From Piromyces finnis finn (taxonomy: Eukaryota; Fungi; Neocallimastigomycota), in contig MCFH01000007.1 of NCBI GenBank assembly GCA_002104945.1, positions 496,001 to 560,000 on the forward strand: a stretch of 64,000 bases of DNA, read 5' to 3'. Position 1 is the stretch's first letter, and every line of letters begins with the position of its first letter. Of this stretch, positions 26,280 through 35,397 are shown piece by piece. Made by a program: the position numbers and the translations under genes. The notes under the pieces were generated by a model, which ran no database searches, was not told the DNA's origin, and worked only from the letters and a program-made list of their open reading frames with translations.

Positions 26280-26947
26280 ACTTCCCCCTCAAATCTAGAT
26301 GTTTAGTAATAAATATTTAGATTTGAAAATGAGAAATTTAAATTTCATAAAATTTCATTCATTTTGCATCAAATTTTCATAATAATGAATAAATTTTCAT
26401 AACATATACGATAAATTTTAATGCCTATATTAAAATAAATAACATATTCTAATGTTTTCATTCATTTTTCTCAATTACTAATCCTTTTAAGTGTTGTGAA
26501 ATTAATGAAATGATTATTAAAATCAATCAAACAATTAAAATATACTTCAAGTATTTATTTCTTTACTTCAAATTAAAATAAGTAAATATACCAGTAAGAT
26601 TATAACAAGTTAATATGATAAGATAATGACATTTAAAGTATCGATTGTTGAAGAGAATAAAGTTCTTCTAAACAATATCGAAGTCGGCTCGGTTAATTAG
26701 AATGTCAGCTAATAGGTCGGCGATCACTCACTACGTTTAAAGTGGCGATATGTATATGAGGGTTTCTAAAATCACCGTAAATTTAATTTTAAAACGGCGT
26801 CACAACATTCTTGAATGTTGGTAATAAATATATATGATGAATCAATGTCATCTAAATTTATGGAGCCCTTTCTATAAAGGTGCTACATTTTATTGATGGG
26901 ACCAAATTAAATATATGTAGATCTTGAACCATCATTAATAAATATCT

Positions 26948-27080
26948 ATGAATTTAACTCATTTCACGCTAAGTTAAATCATGATAAGTTGTTAAAATAT
27001 TATTGAATGCACCCATTTCACGCTAGGTCATTCTAAATATATATGTGTAGAATATGCTCATTTCACGCTAAGCATTTCTA
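26948..27080 (-). other. Three tandem stem-loops with different stems and an identical 12-nt loop
   Basis: Plus-strand stems atttaact/agttaaat, gaatg-acc/ggt-cattc and tagaa-atgct/agcat-ttcta each close the loop CATTTCACGCTA (26960, 27014, 27059). Confidence 0.85.
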
Positions 27081-27770
27081 ACTTTAATAAATTACCTCAT
27101 TTAAAATATATGCTTTGTAGATTAGCAATAACTAATAATTGCCTACGGGATGAGCATTTGACCAGAAATATATTTGCTTTGTAGATTAGCAATAACTTTA
27201 ATAATGCTTTTGAGGCTAAATATATTATCTTAATGTGTTGTTATAGTAAATCAATTCAAAGAGTTGTATACTGGATTAAATAATATATACTAATTTTGAG
27301 TGATATTATCATGATGAAGTTGTTTGACATTTTCACAAGGATAGTTCAATTCTTTTTGTATAATTTCATTGTAATAGGATATTTTATATAAACTTATCAA
27401 ATAATGTTTAATTATTCTAATTATTGTTTCTAATTGTAAAAATTAATTATTTTCTTCAATTCTTTCCCCTATGGCGGAAAGGATATTATCTCATTAAAAT
27501 AGTAGTAGTTAAAATATTCGAATATTTCACAAACAATTTATTTACTTGAAATAAATATGTATGCTTTTAATAACGATAATGCTATTTTATGAATGTTAAT
27601 AAAACTAATTCTTTTAAAAATAAAATGAATGTTTGTAGGTGTATGTATGTTTATGAATATTTACATAATTGAATATATGGATTTTTAAATGATAATGAAT
27701 GTAAATTGACATAATGAGTAGATCAAAATCAAATTAATAAATTTAATAAATTGAGTAAATTAGGAGAATT

Positions 27771-28973
27771 CTAATATACAATGTTTATTTGCCAAAACAT
27801 TACTGACATTAAAATAATAAATACATTTGCGAGAGAAATATATTTGAAGTTTACAGTTCCGTTTGAATCTTCTTGTTCGTCATTAAGTTGGTTATCAACA
27901 ATATAATAACCACAAGATTCACTATCAACTATATTAATGTCATTAGAAATATTAGTTATATCGGTATTGTTAGAGATAATTGGTATTTTGGATATACTGA
28001 CTTTACTAATGTCAACTTTATAACCAAGATCGCATAACTTTTTAATATAAAATTCACCAATATGATCACAAATTTCTATACCAATTTTAGTATATGTTTT
28101 ACCAAAATTGATATAGGTTGAATAGTCACAACCTGCAAATAGTGCAGCCTCAGCTGCTCTTCTTCTTACTAATCCTGGAAGAGGTTTTAAAACACCGTTT
28201 ACATATCCTTTGTTGTATTCTAAAATCTTTTTATTAATTTCTTCCTTTGTTCTCCGACCATTATTAGTTAATCCATCAATACTTCCAACATTATAAGCAA
28301 AACTACATAATGCATCATATTCATTTTGATTCCAATTATATTTATAATTGAAAGATTTTACATTAGGACCATATTTTTTTTCGATTGAAAGTTTTAACCA
28401 TTTCTCTGCAGTTTTTTCATCTATTGTTAAGCCCTCGTTGATATATGTTCCAGTAATATCATAGTTAGCACTGGTAGTACCGTAACCAATAGTCCATACT
28501 CCAACCGGATCTAAATAGGCAGTTAATACACATCCTTCAAAAATTTTGATTATGTTAATTATATTGTCACTTACTTTTAATTGATCATTATTTTGATTTG
28601 TATTTGGAACGCATAGTCGAATAACACTAGGTCCTGGGCATTGGTCCATATATCTCGTGTAAGATTCTTCTGAACAGTCATCTTCATTTATATTTTTACA
28701 TTTTCCTGTATTTAGAAGAGCTGTTCCATCTGTAAGTGTATCGACATCTTTTATACAGCATTTAATATTAACTGAGTCATGTGTACAAAAACCTGCATAT
28801 GCTTTAGCATTGCCAGTTTGTTTATCATTTAATTTACATTGATCCTCTCTAACGCAAACACCTGTTCCGACATCGGTTACATGACATTTTTGATTTTCAG
28901 CAATTACCAATGGTAGAATTAAAATTGTCGAAAAAATATTTAAAAAATATATTACTTTGCTTCTTAATCTCAT
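27771..28973 (-). CDS. Secreted, membrane-anchored GH24 (phage-type) lysozyme with two N-terminal Cys-rich modules
   Basis: Signal peptide; two GxC...C...GxC/QCPGP...CC modules; FEGCVLTAYLDPVGVWTIGYG with E/D/T catalytic residues; QNEYDALCSFAYNVG; LPGLVRRRAAEAALF; C-terminal hydrophobic segment. Intronless. Confidence 0.93.
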   Translation of the reverse strand: MRLRSKVIYFLNIFSTILILPLVIAENQKCHVTDVGTGVCVREDQCKLNDKQTGNAKAYAGFCTHDSVNIKCCIKDVDTLTDGTALLNTGKCKNINEDDCSEESYTRYMDQCPGPSVIRLCVPNTNQNNDQLKVSDNIINIIKIFEGCVLTAYLDPVGVWTIGYGTTSANYDITGTYINEGLTIDEKTAEKWLKLSIEKKYGPNVKSFNYKYNWNQNEYDALCSFAYNVGSIDGLTNNGRRTKEEINKKILEYNKGYVNGVLKPLPGLVRRRAAEAALFAGCDYSTYINFGKTYTKIGIEICDHIGEFYIKKLCDLGYKVDISKVSISKIPIISNNTDITNISNDINIVDSESCGYYIVDNQLNDEQEDSNGTVNFKYISLANVFIILMSVMFWQINIVY

Positions 28974-29732
28974 TCTTTGGAGTATTTATAATATTAATAT
29001 ATTTGATGAAATTTAATAACTCAATTGTAAATAATTATATAAAATAAATTTAGAGTTCACTAGTTAATTTATACTGTTTGTAGTGAATAAGGTAAACTGA
29101 GAATGAAATTCTATTGTTTATTTAATTCTAAATTTATATTTCGAATTTGTACTTTATTAACTTTGAATTTAATTTTACAATATCTATTCATAAATAGTTT
29201 CTAAAATAATTAATTCTTTTCAATTTTGAATACTTTAATTTATTTCTGAGTTTTAGGCATTGGTTGTATTTGAATAAAATAAATTTTATGTTGGTTCAAA
29301 ATTATTTAGAGTTCAATTTGTTTTGTTTATTTTTAAATTTAAAGATTTAAATTAAAAGTTAAAAAATTCAAAATTCAATTTTAGAATAATTTGCTTTCGG
29401 AATTTAAAATTGTCTATATTATTTTAGTATAAGGAAACTTTGTTTATATCAGGTAATGTTTTTCTTTCATTTTACTGGATTATTTGGTATTTCGTGGTTT
29501 TTCAATTTTAGATTGCCATTTCAATTTCAAAATTTTTGAAATCTCAAATTCTAGATCTCAAAACAGTTTTACCAAACATAGATAATTTCAGATTAAATAA
29601 TTTAATTGTAATGGTTAGAATTTCCTACTGTTTTCTCCTTTGACATAATACTGTATCCGGCAGTTTGATTCATCTTTCAGAGAATCATTTGAGAGTCAAT
29701 GAGGGTCATTGAGATTCTCTCTTGAGAGTCAT

Positions 29733-29746
29733 TGAGACTCTTAATC
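29733..29746 (-). promoter_or_regulatory. Primer-binding site complementary to the tRNA-Lys(CUU) anticodon arm (half-tRNA type)
   Basis: Minus strand GATTAAGAGTCTCA directly follows the 5' LTR. Its complement TGAGACTCTTAATC matches the anticodon stem-loop of eukaryotic tRNA-Lys(CUU), ending at position 40. Confidence 0.8.
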
Positions 29747-29962
29747 TATTAAGAGTGGTAATTTAGGATTTATGATTATGTCAACTTTATTAATATATTT
29801 TATGATAAAGAACTACTTGCGTTACATTCTTCTCAAACTACATGTATTTATACATTTACATTGTGGCTTAAACATATAATTAAATACAATATATACAAAT
29901 ACGTTTTAATACATTTCAATACATTTGAATACATGTGACATAACGTTTCACATATTCTAACA
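29747..29962 (-). repeat. 5' LTR (216 bp)
   Basis: Direct repeat of 24495-24710, flanked by the TSD GAAAC at 29963-29967. Confidence 0.93.
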
Positions 29963-30815
29963 GAAACGAAAAAAAAATTTTTTTTTGTTCTTTTTTTTCT
30001 ATGGTAACACAGAAATAAAAACATGAAGTGAAGCTAAGAAAAAAATTTTTTTTAATATAAGCCAATTAATTAATAATAAATTAAATGTATTAAATTAATA
30101 TAAAATTAATATATTTATATAATCCTTAATATTCTATAAACTCTATTAAATTAAAGTTGTACAAAAAAAAAATAACATCATACATAAAATTCAATTTTAT
30201 TCTTATCCACATGCAATGATAAAACATAATATATCACACGATATTTAAAAGTTATGGTAATATTTATTCAAGATTTTATAACATTATAATATAATTTCTC
30301 TTAATAAAAGTTGAAGAGCTTACCCATTTTATTTTTTAATAGTAATAACAACTATTGTGAATATTTATTAATATATAAAATATATTTGTATCAAATATAT
30401 CATTGAAATATATTGATTATATATGTCCTTTTATTAAATATTATTATTATATATATGATTAAAACAATATATAAAATAATATGTAACATTTTTATTTCTT
30501 TGGGATAATATATATTTTATTTTACCATAGGTTTTATAATTACAAAGAGGATTTATATTCATCTCTTTATAATTATTAAGTTATGTTTAAAATATTTATG
30601 ATTTTTTTTTTCATTATAATTAATTATAATAAATGAATAAAAAATAATAATATTAGTATAAAGTTTTTTTTTAAAAAAAAAGAATATACAAAAAATACAT
30701 TGCTAATATTTCTTTTTTTTATTTATTTATTTATTTATTTATATATTTATTAAATAATCAATGAAAATATATATTTTCATAAAAAATATATATTATAATA
30801 AAGTTTTTTTTTATG

Positions 30816-32276
30816 CTAAAGTTTAATCTGTTCATCCTTTGGTAAATTATAGTATTTTAAAGCTTCTTTTCTCATTTCTGAATTCGTTTTAGAAAACCAA
30901 CTCTCATCATTATAAATAGTTTCTCTAATACTTTTAGCAAAGTCATCTTTACTAATTATACCAGCTAAATGAACTAAGAAATCTCCTTCTATTATATTTC
31001 CTACAAATTTAACGTCACAACAGTAAGAGTTAAACCAATTTTGTGGAACAATTATATAATGACTATCTTCTTCCATATTTTGTAAAACATGGAACATAGA
31101 AGATTGGTCATAATAAAAAAGACTTGCTTCTGAATGATAAAAGGCATAGGTATAAGCTTTCATCATAAAATCAATAGACCATGGATGAACACGAATTAAA
31201 AAAATGCCTGCATTTAACCCATTTTCATCATTTGCTATCACTAAATGAATATCATCTTTATCGTCTGGTGGAATGAATGCTTTTAATTGAATATTTGGAT
31301 TGGTGAGAACAACATCTCCATCAACCCAAAATAACCAATCATAACTTTGATTCTTCATTGCATCCATTAAATGTTCTAAAATATAATATAATTTCATATA
31401 ATAGATAGATCTTGTCTTTATTATATTTTGATCCTCTAACGAAAAACCATAGTTATAAGCATCCGCATATTGTGCAAATTCACTAATGGCATTCTCATAG
31501 ACAGAATCTTTTTTGACTTTATCTGCAAACATAATAATTTCAAATTTTGGTTCTTGAATTTCTTTTGGCTTACAATGGTATGTTACGTCCATGTAAAGAC
31601 TGCGTTCTGAACATGGTGTTCCATAAATTATTGTACTTGGTTTAATGTAGCAAGAACGGTTATCGTCACATAACTTTTTAACTTTATCTAGTGGTTTTAA
31701 TTCACACTTTTCTTCTTCGGATACGGTAATCCAATTTTCTGGATAATCATTTCCATTTTCATCTTTTATACATTTTTTATTATCATTTACTCTTCGACCA
31801 AAGAATACATCCTCAATTTCAATTGAAAAACCAACAGGACATATTATTTTATTTCCTTCATAAGATTCTAATACTTTACTGGTATCATAAGTACAGAATA
31901 TTCCGGTTACTGATGGTAAAGTATTATTGGTATTATGAATTTTTATTTTTTCATCCTTTTGAATATTAGGTTTATGTTTAATCATTGAATGTATATTATA
32001 TTTTACATCGTCTGTTGTTGTATTTGTATTATAGTATTTTAAATATTTTTGTTGCTTATTAATTTTATTATCATTAGTTGATATAGTTGGTATAGTGATA
32101 TTTTCATACTTTAGCTTTATAATATCATCCATTTTTTCACTATAAATGGTATTAAATACTTTATCATTTAGAGTATTCATTGAAAATTTATATAATATTT
32201 CAAAAGTACCACCCAATACAAGGATAGCAGTAAATGTTAATAGTATATATTGATACTTTTTATATATTAATTCCAT
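30816..32276 (-). CDS. Type II membrane SUEL-lectin-GT34 (GMA12/MNN10-like galactosyl/mannosyltransferase) fusion, intact paralog 2
   Basis: N-terminal TM; lectin pattern CPVGFSIEIEDVFFGR...C...KVKKLCD.NRSC...YGTPC...YMDVTYHC; GT34 motifs DWLFWVDGDVVLTN, NGLNAGIFLIR, YDQSSM and DFLVHLAG. Intronless. Confidence 0.9.
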   Translation of the reverse strand: MELIYKKYQYILLTFTAILVLGGTFEILYKFSMNTLNDKVFNTIYSEKMDDIIKLKYENITIPTISTNDNKINKQQKYLKYYNTNTTTDDVKYNIHSMIKHKPNIQKDEKIKIHNTNNTLPSVTGIFCTYDTSKVLESYEGNKIICPVGFSIEIEDVFFGRRVNDNKKCIKDENGNDYPENWITVSEEEKCELKPLDKVKKLCDDNRSCYIKPSTIIYGTPCSERSLYMDVTYHCKPKEIQEPKFEIIMFADKVKKDSVYENAISEFAQYADAYNYGFSLEDQNIIKTRSIYYMKLYYILEHLMDAMKNQSYDWLFWVDGDVVLTNPNIQLKAFIPPDDKDDIHLVIANDENGLNAGIFLIRVHPWSIDFMMKAYTYAFYHSEASLFYYDQSSMFHVLQNMEEDSHYIIVPQNWFNSYCCDVKFVGNIIEGDFLVHLAGIISKDDFAKSIRETIYNDESWFSKTNSEMRKEALKYYNLPKDEQIKL

Positions 32277-33675
32277 TTTATTATATATATATGTTTTATA
32301 ATTTAAAAATAAAAATACTTTGTGATATAAAAGTTATATAAAGTTTTATTTTATGTATTTTTGGGTATATTCTTTATTATAACTATTAAATAAAATATGG
32401 TTTATTATTTAATCTTTTATATTTATTTAATATTGTTTATAATTATTGCTGTTTTTTTTTTTTTTTACTTCTATAGCTATAATACTTTTAAATTTTCATT
32501 TTATAATTATATATGCACTATTTTTGCATAGTTTAAGTATTTAAAGAAAATTTACTACTACTAAATAATTGATTGTTTCTTTTTTTTTTTTTTTTTTACT
32601 TTTTAAAAAAGAAATTGGTAAAAAAAAAAAAAAAAGGACCTATTTATATACAATTTCTAAAACAATTATGAATATGTTATTGTATTGTTACTTTCATTAT
32701 ATTATATATTATATAATATAAATAGTTAAATATTATTTCTATTATAATATTAATTCAAGCATTTCTTTTTTTTTTTTTAATAGAAAAATAGAAAAATAGA
32801 AAAAACATTTTTCACACAAAATTAAATTAAAATTAATAATTTAAATTTAATATATGTTAATTATATATTGAATACATATTTAAATAAACTTTAATTAATA
32901 TCAAAATATGACAATTTCTATTATTCAATCCTTATTTACAATAAAAGAATACATTAAAAATTAAAAAAAAAAAAAAAAACAATATTGTGATATTGTTACA
33001 TTTACTTGAAAAGAAAATATGAATTATAAATGCACTTTTATTGAAAAATCATCATCCATTTCTATATTCTATTCTTCATTTTATTCTATTTATTTTATTT
33101 TTAAAATCATTATAATTTAAAAAAAAAAGATGAAACATTAAAAATATACTCATATAAATCCTTTACTTTTTTAACATTGCAGTATTCATAGAATTAAAAA
33201 AAAGAATAAATTAATTATTATCTTTTAATATATTAAAATGAAAAAATTAATTGTAATTTTTATAGAAAAAAACTTTTTCTTTATATATTATATAAAATTT
33301 TTGTTTTAATACTATTCTTTTTTGTTTACTATTGTTTAAGGAAATAACTAATAATACTATTTTCAAAGTATTTTCATTTTAATTATTCAATACATTTTTT
33401 TATTTCTTTCTTCAAGTGTTTATAAATCCACAATTAAAATTTATATTATAATATTTATAATATATTTTTATTGTTTTTTTTTATTTTTTAATATGTAACA
33501 TACTTGAAAGAATAATTAAATGTTCAATTTTAATATTGTTTGTGAAATAATTTAAAACTTTAATATATAATAAATTTAAAAAATGTTAAATTAAAAAAAT
33601 GTAATAAAATTATATTGAAACAATCATTGTTTTATTATTTTTAAATAAAAGGTGGGTGTTTTATAAAATGAAGAT

Positions 33676-33811
33676 ATATAATAATAATAATAATAATAAA
33701 CATATTAATAAACATAATAATAATAATAATAATAATAATAATAGTAATAATAATAATAATAATTTCAATAATAATAATAATAATAAACATAATAATAATA
33801 ATAATAATAAT
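33676..33811. repeat. Imperfect (AAT)n microsatellite
   Basis: AAT repeats interrupted by aaacat units. Confidence 0.9.
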
Positions 33812-34689
33812 ATTTATAGCAAAATTAAAACATCATTAGAATATTATTATACATAATCATGAATCATTATGTAAGATATGATATAAAATATAAATTATAA
33901 ACCTTAATTATTATAAATTGGTAAATTTATAATAATTAAGTTTTTAAAGTTACTATTTTCTATTTAATTAATCTTTTTATATACTTTTATAGAAATATAT
34001 GACAATTTTAGTCATAATATTATCATAAAAATAAAATATTATATTAAATAAAGTTTTTGACATTATCATTTTATGATATTATTATCTGATATAACTCGGT
34101 TCAATACAATTTTATTTTTAAGGGTTTTGTGATTAAATACTTTATTTATTATTAATATTACAATAAAAGACGTATTTTCAATAATTCATATTTTTCATAA
34201 TCTATACTAAATATTTAAGAATAGTTAATATAGAACTAGTAATAATATAATAGAATTAATAATAATATATAAAATAAATATGGAAACATTAATAAAATAA
34301 GAAATAATATTTATTTATGTATATATTCATGTGATAATCATAATTTAAATATACACCACCACTATAACTTTTTATGTAAACTTAAGATTTTGTAGAAAAC
34401 AAACTTATGGATTTTATGTATTTATATTAATTAAAAATGTAAAACAATTCTAAAAATATAAATATACACAATAATCTATTTCATATGAAATAGAAAATAT
34501 TGTATTAAATTTAATTTATAGAATAGAATGTATATTTCATTTTTAATATAATATATTGAATGAATATAATAGTTTAATATTATATTCATATTTAATAGAT
34601 AATATATAAAATGAAATATCCTTTTTACAGAAATTAGTATTAAATGTATTGAAAATATATAATATTAAAATTATTTAATATTTTCGTTT

Positions 34690-34790
34690 TTTATAATTAT
34701 AGAATTACTATCGCTAACATTTGATTCAAACCACATTTATTTATACATTTACATTGTGGCTTATACATCTAATACAATAATATTTCATAT
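34690..34790. mobile_element. Diverged solo-LTR fragment related to the 216-bp LTR
   Basis: 26-nt exact match tatttatacatttacattgtggctta at 34738-34763, with alignable flanks (agaattactatcgctaacatt vs agaactacttgcgttacatt). Boundaries are approximate. Confidence 0.65.
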
Positions 34791-35397
34791 ATATTTCATA
34801 TATCTGTCATTTGTTCAAATATTTTTAGTATATAATAAATATTTATTTATTATATCCTTAACATAGATTGTACATAAAATGTATTAGTTAAACCTCTATA
34901 CTATTATCATATTATATATAATATTAATAATAATAATCAATATAGTATTTTCTAAAACTAACTTCATACAACAAAAGATTAAAAAATATTTTATTATATT
35001 CATTATTCTTTAGCTTTAAAATTATTTATGCCAATAAGAAATTATTTTTAATTGGTATATTTATTGCATTTATATAAAAACAAAACTTTTATTTGATATT
35101 TTTTTATATACACTATTGAAAATTAAAAGGCCTTAAAAATAAAAAAAAAAAAGTATCAATAAATGAAATATAAATTTTTAAATGTATTAATATTTTACTA
35201 ATTTATTAAATATTGTTTTTTATAATGAAAGAAAATATATAAAAGGGTAATAATTATCATATTTTTTTTTTAATTATATAATAAATATAAGAAATATTAT
35301 GTAAAAAAAAAATATTTAAAGAAATTTTTTTTTTTGATAATTATTACTAATAAATAAAAAAAAGAAAAAAAAATCAACATTTATTAGTATCCACTAT

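Larger units (their letters stand above)
24495..29962 (-). mobile_element. Non-autonomous copia-like LTR retroelement carrying a lysozyme cargo gene
   Basis: 216-bp direct repeats at 24495-24710 and 29747-29962 (2 mismatches). 5-bp TSD GAAAC at 24490-24494 and 29963-29967. PPT next to the low-coordinate LTR and PBS next to the high-coordinate LTR. No gag/pol ORF in the ORF track. Confidence 0.93.

Noticed and set aside
26200-26292. A second small TG...CA LTR following the internal PPT
   Set aside because: The PPT-like sequence is repeated after the poly(A) tail, so it is the SINE's TSD. There is no partner LTR.
26140-26300. U1 snRNA gene starting ATACTTACCTG on the plus strand
   Set aside because: No U1 stem-loop I/II motifs (GATCA, ATTGCAC) and no Sm site follow. 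It is better explained as a splice donor on the minus strand inside the SINE.
26948-27200. CRISPR array or Cas12a-like repeats (GTAGAT motif)
   Set aside because: Eukaryotic context, no cas genes, and no constant repeat with unique spacers of regular length.
24720-29740. gag/pol remnants inside the LTR element
   Set aside because: No ORF or recognisable zinc-knuckle, protease, integrase, RT or RNase H motif was seen by eye. A TBLASTN search could still find decayed fragments.
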